Assembly (NCBI GenBank): GCA_964016885.1
Contig: OZ024751.1
Location: forward strand, 4,712,001 to 4,776,000
DNA from: Eledone cirrhosa
Lineage: Eukaryota
Length of the DNA stretch: 64,000 nt
Reading direction: 5' to 3'
Made by a program: the position numbers and the translations under genes. The notes under the pieces were generated by a model. That model did not search any database and was not told the origin of the DNA. It saw nothing but the letters and a program-made list of their open reading frames with translations. This document shows, piece by piece, positions 12,900 to 26,926 of this stretch. Each line of letters begins with the position of its first letter. Position 1 is the first letter of the stretch.

Positions 12900-14265
12900 A
12901 GATGTTGGCGTTGGCGTTGTTGGTGGTGTTGGTGATATTGATATTGGTATTGGTCGTGTTGCTTGGTGTCCTTGGTGCTGGTGTTAGAGTTGTAGTGTTG
13001 GTGTTGGTGTTAGTGTTGTTGTTGGTCTTGGTGTTGGTGTTAGTGTTGTTAGTATCGGTGGTGTTGGTGTTAGCGTTGGTGTTAGTGTTGTTGTTGGTGT
13101 TGGTATCGTTGGTGTTGGTGTTAGTGTTGTTGTTGGTGTGAGTGTTATTGTTGGTGTTCGTGTTGTTGTTGGTGTGAGTGTTGTTGTTGGTGTGAGTGTT
13201 GTTAGTATCGGTGGTGTTGTTGTTGGTGTTAGTGTTGTTGTTGGTGTGAGTGTTGTTAGTATCGGTGGTGTTGTTGTTGGTGTTAGTGTTGTTGTTGGTG
13301 TTAGTGTTGTTAGTATCGGTGGTGTTGGTGTTAGTGTTGGTGTTAGTGTTGTTAGTATCGGTGGTGTTGGTGTTAGTGTTGTTGTTGGTGTTAGTGTTGT
13401 TGTTGGTGTGAGTGTTGTTGTTGGTGTGAGTGTTGTTGTTGGTGTTAGTGTTGTTGTTGGTGTGAGTGTTGTTGTTGGTGTTAGTGTTGTTGTTGGTATG
13501 AGTGTTGTTGTTGGTGTTAGTGTTGTTAGTATTGGTGGTGTTGTTGTTGGTGTTAGTGTTGTTGTTGGTGTTAGTGTTGTTAGTATCGGTCGTGTTGTTG
13601 TTGGTGTTAGTGTTGTTGTTGGTGTTAGTGTTGTTGTTGGTGTGAGTGTTGTTGTTGGTGTGAGTGTTGTTGTTGGTGTTAGTGTTGTTGTTGGTGTGAG
13701 TGTTGTTGTTGGTGTTAGTGTTGTTAGTATCGGTGGTGTTGTTGTTGGTGTTAGTGTTGTTGTTGGTGTTAGTGTTGTTGTTGGTGTTAGTGTTGTTAGT
13801 ATCGGTCGTGTTGTTGTTGGTGTTAGTGTTGTTGTTGGTGTTAGTGTTGTTGTTGGTGTGAGTGTTGTTGTTGGTGTTAGTGTTGTTGTTGGTGTTAGTG
13901 TTGTTAGTATCGGTGGTGTTGTTGTTGGTGTTAGTGTTGTTGTTGGTGTTAGTGTTGTTAGTATCGGTGGTGTTGGTGTTAGTGTTGTTGTTGGTGTTAG
14001 TGTTGTTAGTATCGGTGGTGTTGGTGTTAGTGTTGTTGTTGGTGTTAGTATTGTTAGTATCGGTGGTATTGGTGTTAGTGTTGTTAGTATCGGTGGTGTT
14101 GGTGTTAGTGTTGTTAGTATCGGTGGTGTTGGTGTTAGTGTTGTTGTTGGTGTTAGTGTTGTTAGTATCGGTGGTGTTGGTGTTAGTGTTGTTGTTGGTG
14201 TTAGTGTTGTTGTTGGTGTTGTTAGCATTGTTGGTGTTGCTGGTACTGTTGTTGGTGTTGATGAT
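12900..14265. repeat. GT-rich minisatellite (18-bp GTTGTTGTTGGTGTTAGT with GTTAGTATCGGTGGT variants)
   Basis: Directly visible tandem units. Confidence 0.95.
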
Positions 14266-14886
14266 GGGAGTAGTTTACAAAGATAGTCCGTCTTTCTCTC
14301 ATTACCTGAGATGTCCGTTACAATTTGTGAGACGTTTGGCTGCTATTTCTAGCAAATCGAGTGACTTAGTAGGTTTACTTAAAGCATCACATAGCAGCAC
14401 AATATTAGCGAAAGAAAAATGAAGTCTTTGCGACGCAAAAGATGTTTGTTTACAGAAATGTATCGCGTCTGGAATGTGAGAGTGGAGGGGACTGTGTGTG
14501 TGTGGGGGGGGGGGGGGAGACGTCGGGGGGGGGGGGGTACAACATAAAAACTAACCTTGACAAAACTACATTGGACCCTTGTGTGATATAAAGATATTGT
14601 TGATGATGATGACGACGGGGAGGATTAAGATGATGATGATAGTGATAATGATGATGATGATGATGAAAAGGATGATGATGATGATGATGATGACGGTGAG
14701 GATGATGATGATGATGATGCTGATAATGATGGGAGTTAGAGGAATAGTCCATCATATTGGACTCCAGTATTTCACTGGTACTTATTATTTTTGCTTCTAA
14801 ACCTCGGAATGGCGAAAATCTAATCCGGCACTGCCGGATTTTGGGTTTGACCTCAGATCATGAAACAGAGAGGACTAAATACCACG

Positions 14887-17800
14887 ACATGGTCGGGTCA
14901 CTCTCGAGCACTACTGGTTAACATGTAACCTAGTACAACCTGTCACACGGACGGGTCACTCTCGAGTACTACTGGTTAACATGTAACCTAGTACAACCTG
15001 TCACAAGGACGGGTCACTCTCGAGCACTACTGGTTAACATGTAACCTAGTACAACCTGTTACAAGGACGGGTCACTCTCGAGCACTACTGGTTAACATGT
15101 AACCTAGTACAACCTGTTACAAGGACGGGTCACTCTCGAGCACTACTGGTTAACATGTAACCTAGTACAACCTGTCACATGGTCGGGTCACTCTCGAGCA
15201 CTACTGGTTAACATGTAACTTAGTACAACCTGTCACATGGTCGGGTCTCTCTCGAGTACTACTGGTTAATATGTAACCTAGTACAACCTGTCACATGGTC
15301 GGGTCTCTCACGAGTACTACTGGTTAATATGTAACCTAGTACAACCTGTCACATGGTCGGGTCTCTCACGAGTACTACTGGTTAATATGTAACCTAGTAC
15401 AACCTGTCACATGGTCGGGTCTCTCTCGAGCACTACTGGTTAATATGTAACCTAGTACAACCTGTCACATGGTCGGGTCACTCTCGAGCACTACTGGTTA
15501 ACATGTAACCTAGTACAACCTGTCACATGGTCGGGTGACTCTCCAGTACTACTTGTTAACATGTAACCTAGTAAAACCTGTCACATGGTCGGGTGACTCT
15601 CCAGTACTACTTGTTAACATGTAACCTAGTAAAACCTGTCACATGGTCGGGTGACTCTCCAGTACTACTTGTTAACATGTAACCTAGTAAAACCTGTCAC
15701 ATGGTCGGGTGACTCTCCAGTACTACTTGTTAACATGTAACCTAGTAAAACCTGTCACATGGTCGGGTGACTCTCCAGTACTACTTGTTAACATGTAACC
15801 TAGTACAACCTGTCACATGGTCGGGTGACTCTCCAGTACTACTTGTTAACATGTAACCTAGTAAAACCTGTCACATGGTCGGGTGACTCTCCAGTACTAC
15901 TTGTTAACATGTAACCTAGTAAAACCTGTCACATGGTCGGGTGACTCTCCAGTACTACTTGTTAACATGTAACCTAGTAAAACCTGTCACATGGTCGGGT
16001 GACTCTCCAGTACTACTGGTTAATATGTAACCTAGTACAACCTGTCACATGGTCGGGTCTCTCACGAGTACTACTGGTTAATATGTAACCTAGTACAACC
16101 TGTCACATGGTCGGGTCTCTCTCGAGCACTACTGGTTAATATGTAACCTAGTACAACCTGTCACATGGTCGGGTCACTCTCGAGCACTACTGGTTAACAT
16201 GTAACCTAGTACAACCTGTCACATGGTCGGGTAACTCTCGAACACTACTGGTTAACATGTAACCTAGTAAAACCTGTCACATGGTCGGGTCTCTCTCGAG
16301 TACTACTGGTTAATATGTAACCTAGTACAACCTGTCACAAGGTCGGGTCACTCTCGAGCACTGCTGTTTAACATGTAACTTAGTACAACCTGTCACATGG
16401 TCGGGTCACTCTCGAGCACTACTGGTTAACATGTAACCTAGTACAACCTGTCACACGGACGGGTCACTCTCGAGCACTACAGGTTAACATGTAACCTAGT
16501 ACAACTTGTCACATGGTCGCGTCACTCTCGAGCACTACTGGTTAACATGTAACCTAGTACAACCTGTCACATGGTCGGGTCACTCTCGAGCACTACTGGT
16601 TAACATGTAACCTAGTACAACCTGTCACATGGTCGGGTCACTCTCGAGCACTACTGGTTAACATGTAACCTAGTAAACCTGTCACATGATCGGGTCACTC
16701 TCGAGCACTACTGGTTAACATGTAACTTAGTACAACCTGTCACATGGTCGGGTCACTCTCGAGCACTACTGGTTAACATGTAACCTAGTACAACCTGTTA
16801 CATGGTCGGGTCACTCTCGAGCACTACTGGTTAACATGTAACCTAGTACAACCTGTCACATGGTCGGGTCACTCTCGAGCACTACTGGTTAACATGTAAC
16901 CTATTACAACCTGTCACATGGTCGGGTCACTCCCCAGTACTACTTGTTAACATGTAACCTAGTACAACCTGTCACATGGTCGGGTCACTCTCGAGCACTA
17001 CTGGTTAACATGTAACCTAGTACAACCTGTCACATGGTCGGGTCACTCTCGAGCACTACTGGTTAACATGTAACCTAGTACAACCTGTCACATGGTCGGG
17101 TCACTCTCGAGCACTACTGGTTAACATGTAACCTATTACAACCTGTCACATGGTCGGGTCACTCCCCAGTACTACTTGTTAACATGTAACCTAGTACAAC
17201 CTGTCACATGGTCGGGTAACTCTCGAACACTACTGGTTAACATGTAACCTGGTACAACCTGTCACATGGTCGGGTCCCTCTCGAGCACTACTGGTTAACA
17301 TGTAACCTAGTACAACCTGTCACAAGGTTGGGTCACTCTCGATCACTACTAGTTAACATGTAACCTAGTACAACCTGTCACATGGTCGGGTCACTCTCGA
17401 GCACTACTGGTTAACATGTGACCTAGTACAACCTGTCACAAGGTCGGGTCACTCTCGAGCACTACTGGTTAACATGTAACCTAGTAAACCTGTCACATGG
17501 TCGGGTCACTCTCCAGTACTACTTGTTAACATGTAACCTAGTACAACCTGTCACATGATCGGGTCACTCTCGAGCACTACTGGTTAACATGTAACCTAGT
17601 ACAACCTGTCACATGGTCGGGTCACTCTCGAGCACTACTGGTTAACATGTAACCTAGTACAACCTGTCACATGGTCGGGTCATTCTCGAGCACTACTGGT
17701 TAATATGTAACCTAGAACAACCTGTCACATGGTCGGGTCACTCTCGAGCACTACAGGTTAACATGTAACCTAGTACAACCTGTCACATGGTCGGGTCACT

Positions 17801-18849
17801 CTCCAGTACTACTTGTTAACATGTAACCTAGTACAACCTGTCACATGGTCGGGTAACTCTCGAACACTACTGGTTAACATGTAACCTAGTACAACCTGTC
17901 ACATGGTCGGGTCACTCTCGAGCACTACTGGTTAACACGTAACCTAGTACAACCTGTCACAAGGTTGGGTCACTCTCGAGCACTACTGGTTAACATGTAA
18001 CCTAGTACAACCTGTCACATGGTCGGGTCATTCTCGAGCACTACTGGTTAATATGTAACCTAGAACAACCTGTCACATGGTCGGGTCACTCTCGAGCACT
18101 ACAGGTTAACATGTAACCTAGTACAACCTGTCACATGGTCGGGTCACTCTCCAGTACTACTTGTTAACATGTAACCTAGTACAACCTGTCACATGGTCGG
18201 GTAACTCTCGAACACTACTGGTTAACATGTAACCTAGTACAACCTGTCACATAGTCGGGTCACTCTCGAGCACTACTGGTTAACACGTAACCTAGTACAA
18301 CCTGTCACAAGGTTGGGTCACTCTCGAGCACTACTGGTTAACATGTAACCTAGTACAACCTGTCACATTGTCGGATCACTCTCGAGCACTACTGGTTAAT
18401 ATGTAACCTAGTACAACCTGTCACATGGTCGGGTCACTCTCGATCACTACTGGTTAATATGTAACCTAGTACAACCTGTCACATGGTCGGGTCACTCTCG
18501 AGCACTACTGGTTAACATGTAACCTAGTACAACGTGTCATAAGGTCGGGTCACTCTCGAGCACTACTGGTTAACAAGTAACCTAGTACAACCTGTCACAT
18601 GGTCGGGTCACTCTCGAGCACTACTGGTTAACATGTAACCTAGTACAACCTGTCACATGGTCGGGTCACTCTCGAGTACTACTGGTTAACATGTAACCTA
18701 GTACAACCTGTCACATGGTCGGGTCACTCTCGAGTACTACTGGTTAATATGTAACCTAGTACAACCTGTCACATGGTGGGGTCACTCTTGAGCACTACTG
18801 GTTAACATGTAACCTAGTACAACTTGTCTCATGGTCGGGTCATTTTCGA
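14887..18849. repeat. 58-bp tandem satellite, about 68 copies
   Basis: Unit GGTCGGGTCACTCTCGAGCACTACTGGTTAACATGTAACCTAGTACAACCTGTCACAT. Head-to-tail with no unique spacers. Confidence 0.98.
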
Positions 18850-19100
18850 CTAAACCAGCAACACCAACAAGCTTGCTTGGTTAGGAGGGTGAAATTTGGA
18901 CATCCTGTGGAATGAAAAACAAACCTCGTCAAAGGGCAGAGTAGCTCAAGAGAGTCAACGGCCATCCAATAATGTTGTTGGCAGCATATCTGGCAGAAGG
19001 GTCACTTTGATTTCAAAACCGGGGCTCCTTAATCACCTTGGTGATAGTCTTTCAAGTGGCCAACGGCTTCCTTCTTGTCATGAAGGTGGATGACCTGTAG
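18790..19100 (+). mobile_element. Retroelement 5'-UTR-like sequence (RTE-like) contiguous with the last satellite unit
   Basis: Homologous to 26927-27090 (CATGGTCGGGTC..CGACTAAAC..TTTGGACATCCTG..AAAAACAAA..GTCAAAGGGCA..AGAGTCAA.GGCCA). The RTE assignment is inferred from linkage to an RTE-like 3' end at 27-28 kb. Confidence 0.6.
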
Positions 19101-19399
19101 TTCGATAGCCAACTTTTAAATAATAATCGGACGAGGATTCGAGACACTGGCGTTATAGGTTTCATTGGTGAGGATCATGGACATACAGCATCATATAGAA
19201 GAATGCTGGTACAACTGTCCCTTGTCCGTGACCCCCATCAGTGAGGGTGGGAATATAGACATACACCATAAAGTTGAACGTTCGTCCAACTGTCTATGGG
19301 CCCTGACCCGCTATCAGTGGTGTAGGAAGAGACCAGACAAAATAACGCAATTTCGTGCTCCACTGAATATGCCAATCAAATCAAAGTAGTACATATATA

Positions 19400-19596
19400 A
19401 TAATTGTTTCTACTTTTGGCACAAGGCCAGCAATATCCCAGTGCACTACTGGTACTTTATTTTATGACCCCGAAGGATGAAAGGCAAAGTTAACCTCGAC
19501 GGGATTTGAGGTAAACTTTGACATTCATCCTTACGGGGTCGTACCAGTAGTGCACTGAGATATTGCTGGCCTTGTGCCAAAAGTAGAAACAATTAT
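19400..19596. mobile_element. Two SINE 3' halves joined head-to-head (fold-back)
   Basis: ATAATTGTTTCTACTTTTGGCACAAGGCCAGCAATATC... is mirrored by ...GATATTGCTGGCCTTGTGCCAAAAGTAGAAACAATTAT. Confidence 0.85.
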
Positions 19597-19704
19597 ATTT
19601 GGTCGACCTCGGATGAAAGATAAAGTTGGCCCCGGTTTCTACTCAGAGTGTAGCAAGTCGGTACTAAAGCGAAGCAAACTATTTTGTCTGACGTTTTAAG
19701 GAAA

Positions 19705-22700
19705 TAACAACTACAACAACAACAATAACACCATCATCATAACAACACCACACCACAATACCACACCACAACACCACGCCACAACACCACACCACCACAA
19801 AACCACAAAACAACACCACACCACTACAACACCATGCTACAACAACCACCACTCCACAACAACAAACCACAACACCACTACACCACAATACCACGCCACA
19901 ACACCACGCCACAAAACCACACCACCACAAAACCACACCAAAACAACACCACGCCACAACACCACCACCAAAACACCAAAACCACCACAACACCACGCAA
20001 CAACACCACCACCACAACACCACGCCACAACAACACACCACAACACCACCACACCACAACACCACGCCACAACACCACGTCACCACACCACACCACAACA
20101 CCACACCACGTCACAACAACACGCCACAACATCACCACACTACAACACCACGCCACAACACCACGCCACAACACCACACCACAACACCACACCACAACAC
20201 CACGCCACAACAACACGCCACAACAACACTACACCACAAAACCACACAACAATACCACACTACAACACCACGCCCCAACAACACACCACAACACCACCAC
20301 ACCACAACACCACGCCACAACACCACCACCACAACACCACACAATAACGCCACAACACCACACCATAACACCACACCACAACAAGGCTACACCACAACAC
20401 CACACCACAACACCACACCACAACACGACGCCACAACACGCCACAACAACACATCACAACACCACCACACCACAACACAACGCCACAACACCACATCACA
20501 ACACCATGCCACAACAACACGCCACAACAACACCACGCCACAACAACACCACGCCACAACACCACGGCATAACACCACACCACAACACCACACCACAACA
20601 CCACGCCACAACAACACGCCCCAACAACACTACACCACAACACCACACAACAATACCACACTACAACACCACGCCCCAACAACACACCACAACACCACGC
20701 CACAACACCACACAACAACGCCACGCCACAACGCCACACCACAACAACACTACACCACAACACCACACCACAAAAGCACGCCACAACAACACACCACAAC
20801 ACCACCACACCACAACACATCGCCACAACACCACGCCACAACACCACAACACCACGCCACAACAACACGCCACAACAACACCACGTCACAACACCACGCG
20901 ACAACACCACACGACAACAATACCACACCACAATAACACACCACAAAACCACACACCACAACACCACACCACAACACCACGCCACAACAACACCACGCCA
21001 CACCACCACCACCACCACACCACACCACAACACCACGCCACAACAACACCACGCCACACCACCACCACCACCACACCACACCACAACACCACGCCACAAC
21101 AACACGCCACAACAACAGTACGTCACAACACACCACAACACCACCACACCACAACACCACGCCACAAAACCACACGACCACAAAACCACACCTAAAAACC
21201 ACCACACCACAACGCCACGCCACAACGCCACGCCACAACGCCACACCACAATACCACAATACCACACCACAACAACACTAGACCACAACAGCACGCCACA
21301 ACAACACACCACAACACCACCACGCCACAACACATCGCTACAACACCACGCCACAACACCACAACACCACGTCACAACAACACGCCACAACAACACCACA
21401 TCACAACACCACGCGACAACACCACACGACAACAATACCACACCACAAGAACACACCACAAAACCACACCACCACAACACCACACCACAACACCACGCCA
21501 CACCACCACCACCACCACACCACACCACAACACCACGCCACAAAACCACACGACTACAAAACAACACCAAAACAACACCACACCACAACACCACGCCACA
21601 AAACCACACGACCACAAAACCACACCAAAACAACACCACGTCACAACACCACCACAACAACACCACACCACAACACCACACCACCACAACACCACGCCAC
21701 AACAACACCACATCATAACACCACACCACAACACAACACCACAACACCACGCCACAACACCACCACCACAACACCACGCCACAACACCACCACGCCACAA
21801 CAACACACCACAACACCACCACGCCACAACACCACGTCACCACACCACACCACACCACGCCACAACAACACTACAACACCACATCACAACACCACGCCAC
21901 AACAACACTCCACAACACCACCACACCACAACACCACGCCACAACACCACCACCACAACACCACACAATAACGCCACAACACCACACCATAACACCACAC
22001 CACAACAAGGCTACACCACAACACCACACCACAACACGACGCCACAACAACAGCACGCCACAACAACACATCACAACACAACGCCACAACACCACACCAC
22101 AACACCATGCCACAACAACACGCCACAACAACACCACGCCACAACACCACGCTATAACACCACACCACAACATAACCACACCACAAACACACCACGCCAC
22201 AATAACACACCACCACAACACCACCCCGCCACAACACCACGCCACACCACCACCACCACCACCACCACCACCAATACACAACACAACAACACAACACCAC
22301 AACACCACACCGCCACACCACACCACCACACCACAACACCACGCAACAACACCACACCACACCACGCCACCACAACACCACGCCACAACACCACACCACA
22401 ACAACAGTACGCCACAACACACCACAACACCACGCCACAAAACCACACGACTACAAAACCACACCAAAACACCACCACACCACAACACCACGCCACAAAA
22501 CCACACGACCACAAAACCACACCAAAACAACACCACGTCACAACACCACCACAACAACACCACACCACAACACCACACCACCACAACACCACGCCACAAC
22601 AACACCACGCCACAACAACACACCACAACACCACCACGCCACAACACCACGTCACCACACCACACCACAACACGCCACAACAACACTACAACACCACATC

Positions 22701-24507
22701 ACAACACCACGCCACAACACTCCACAACACCACCACACCACAACACCACGCCACAACACCACCACCACAACACCACACAATAACGCCACAACACCACACC
22801 ATAACACCACACCATAACACCACACCACAACAAGGCTACACCACAACACCACACCACAACACGACGCCACAACAACAGCACGCCACAACAACACATCACA
22901 ACACCACCACAACACAACGCCACAACACCACACCACAACACCATGCCACAACAACACGCCACAACAACACCACACCACAACACCACGCTATAACACCACA
23001 CCACAACATAACCACACCACAAACACACCACGCCACAATAACACACCACCACAACACCACCCCGCCACAACACCACACCACACCACCACCACCACCACCA
23101 CCACCACCACTACACAACACAACAACACAACACCACAACACCACACCGCCACACCACACCACCACACCACAACACCACGCAACAACACCAGGCCACAACA
23201 CCACGCCACAACACCACGCCACCACAACACCACGCCACAACACCACGCCACAACACCACCACGCCACAACACCACATCACCACACCACAACACCACCACA
23301 AACCCCCCCCCCCCCACAACACCACGCTAGAACAACAACACACACAACACCACACCACAACAACACCACGCCATCACAACACCACACCACAACACCATAC
23401 CACAACACCAGCCACAACACCACGCCACCACAACACCATACCACAACACCACGCCACAACACCACACCACCACAACACCACAACACCACGCCACAACACC
23501 GCCATGCCAGAACACCACACCACCACAACAACACGCCACATCACAACACCACACCACAACACCACACCACAGCGCCACACCACAACACTACGCCACAACA
23601 CCACGCCACAACACCACACCACAACACCACACCACAACAACACTACGCCACAACACCACACCACAACACCACACCACGTCACAACACCACGCCACTACAC
23701 CAACCACCATAACACCACGCCACAACACTACACCACAACACCACACCACGCCGTAACACCACGCCACAACAACACCACAACATCACGCCACAACAACACC
23801 ACGCCACAATAAAACCACGCCACAACACCACGCCACAACACCACCACGCCACAACACCACATCACCACACCACAACACCAGCACAACACCACGCCAGAAC
23901 AACAACACACACAACACCACACCACAACAACACCACGCCAACACAACACCACACCACAACACCATACCACAACACAACCACAACACCACGCCACCGCAAC
24001 ACCACGCCACAACACCACACCACCACAACACCACAACACCACGCCACAACAACACCACGCCACAACACCACCACGCCACAACACCACACCACCACAACAC
24101 CACGCCACAACACCACAACACCACGCCACAACACCTCACCACAACACCACGCCACAACACCACCATGCCAGAACACCACACCACCAGACCACCATGCCAC
24201 AACACCACACCACAACGCCACACCACAACACTACGCCACAACACCACACCACAACAACACAACGTCACCACACCACGCCACAACACCACACCACGCCACA
24301 ACACCACGCCACCACAACACCACGCCACCACACCACAACACCACACCACGCCGTAACACCACACCACAACAACACTACACCACAACTCCAATCCACAACA
24401 CCACACCACACCACGCCACCACAACACCACGCCACAACACCACACCACAACAACACCACGCCACAACAACACGCCACAGCAACGAACCTCACCACAACAA
24501 CACTACC
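19705..24507. repeat. CA-rich low-complexity satellite (CCACAACACCACG/A variants)
   Basis: Directly visible; extreme C/A strand bias. Confidence 0.95.
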
Positions 24508-24908
24508 ATGATTGTGATGATGGTGATGGTGATGATGGTGGTGATGACGATGACAGTGATGATGGTGATTGTGATGAGGGTGATGGTGATGGTGGTGATG
24601 GTGATGGTGGTGATGGTGATGGTGGTGATGGTGATGGTGATGGTGATGAGGGTGATGGTGGTGATGGTGGTGATGGTGATGGTGATGGTGATGGTGGTGA
24701 TGGTGGTGATGGTGATGGTGGTGATGGTGATGGTGATGGTGATGGTGGTGATGGTGGTGATGGTGATGGTGGTGATGGTGATGGTGGTGATGGTGATGGT
24801 GATGGTGGTGATGGTGATGGTGATGGTGATGAGGGTGATGGTGGTGATGGTGGTGATGGTGATGGTGATGGTGATGGTGGTGATGGTGATGGTGGTGATG
24901 GTGATGGT
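24508..24908. repeat. (GATGGT)n/(GGT)n microsatellite
   Basis: Directly visible. Confidence 0.95.
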
Positions 24909-25041
24909 CTATGTTAGTCACAGTAAAAATAAAGAATCATAATTTCAACATTGAACACCTTCAACATAATAAATATAGGAGGGGGGGGGAGTCGATTATG
25001 TCACCCCATTACATCACTGGTACATTACTAACTTTAGCGGG

Positions 25042-26342
25042 AATAATAATAACAACAATGACAATAGTAACAACAACAACCACAACAACAACAATAATTA
25101 TAACCATAACAACAACAACGACAACAACAACAACAACAACAATCATTACGACCATAACAACAACAACAACAACAATCATTACGACCATAACAACAACAAC
25201 AACAACAATCATTACGACCATAACAACAACAACAACAACAATCATTGCGACCATAACAACAACAACAATCATTACAACCATAACAACAACAACAATCATT
25301 ACGACCATAACAACAACAACAACAATCATTACGACCATAACAACAACAACAACAACAATCATTACAACCATAACAACAACAACAACAACAATCATTACAA
25401 CAACAATCATTACGACCATAACAACAACAACAACAACAATCATTACAACAACAATCATTACGACCATAACAACAACAACAACAACAATCATTACAACCAT
25501 AACAACAACAACAACAACAATCATTACAACAACAATCATTACGACCATAACAACAACAACAACAACAACAACAACAATCATTACGACCATAACAACAACA
25601 ACAACAATCATTACGACCATAACAACAACAACAACAATCATTACGACCATAACAACAACAACAACAACAATCATTACGACCATAACAACAACAACAACAA
25701 TCATTACGACCATAACAACAACAACAACAATCATTACGACCATAACAACAACAACAACAACAATCATTACGACCATAACAACAACAACAACAATCATTAC
25801 GACCATAACAGCAACAACAACAATCATTACGACCATAACAACAACAACAACAATCATTGCGACCATAACAACAACAACAACAATCATTACGACCATAACA
25901 ACAACAACAACAATCATTACGACCATAACAACAACAACAACAATCATTACGACCATAACAACAACAACAACAATCATTACGACCATAACAACAACAACAA
26001 CAATCATTACGACCATAACAACAACAACAACAATCATTACGACCATAACAACAACAACAACAATCATTACGACCATAACAGCAACAACAACAATCATTAC
26101 GACCATAACAACAACAACAACAATCATTACGACCATAACAACAACAACAACAATCATTACGACCATAACAACAACAACAACAATCATTACGACCATAACA
26201 ACAACAACAATCATTACGACCATAACAACAACAACAATCATTACGACCATAACAACAACAACAACAATCATTACGACCATAACAACAACAATCATTACGA
26301 CCATAACAACAACAACAATCATTACGACCATAACGATAATAA
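25042..26342. repeat. ~27-33-bp minisatellite (AAC)n-AATCATTACGACCAT
   Basis: Directly visible tandem units with a variable AAC count. Confidence 0.95.
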
Positions 26343-26384
26343 TGCTGTTTTTTTCTCCATTAGTCAAAACAAAAATCATAGACG

Positions 26385-26560
26385 ATACGGTAGAGGGTTG
26401 GACTCCATGCTTTCCAGCATAGTTACGTCCCTTTACAGTCTGAATTCAAATCCCGCCGAGGTTAACTTTGCCTTTCATCCTTACGGGGTCAATAAAATAA
26501 AGTACCAGTAATACACTGGTTAATTGCTGGTATTGTGCCAAAAGTAGAAAAAATTATTAT
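26385..26560 (+). mobile_element. SINE, slightly 5'-truncated
   Basis: Matches the 2039 copy from CGGTAGAGGG to AAAGTAGAAA. Confidence 0.85.
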
Positions 26561-26880
26561 ATTGATTTTAGAAACAACACTTTCCTTCTTCCTTTCTTTC
26601 TCTCGTTCCCACCCTCTTTTCTCTCTCTCTTTCTGTCTTTCTTTCTCTCTTTCTCACTCTCATCTCTTTCTCTCTTTCTGTCTTTCTTTCTCTGTTATTC
26701 ATTCATTGATTCTTTCATTTGTAATGTATGTATGTATGTATATATGGATGTATATGTATGTGTATGTATATGTATATATGTATGTATGTATATATATATA
26801 AATGTATATATATGTATGTATGTATATATATGTGTGTATGTATATATATATATGTATGTGTATGTATGTATGTATGTATG

Positions 26881-26914
<34 letters not shown>

Positions 26915-26926
26915 TGTATGTATATG

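Noticed and set aside
12984-14286. Mucin-like Thr/Pro and Val-rich ORFs
   Set aside because: Translation of a triplet-based minisatellite, open on both strands, with no signal peptide, unique domain or splice evidence.
14887-18849. CRISPR-like array
   Set aside because: Units are head-to-tail without unique spacers, there are no cas genes, and the context is eukaryotic.
19679-26422. His/Thr-rich, Cys/Trp/Val-rich, poly-His and poly-Thr ORFs
   Set aside because: All derive from simple repeats lacking stop codons.
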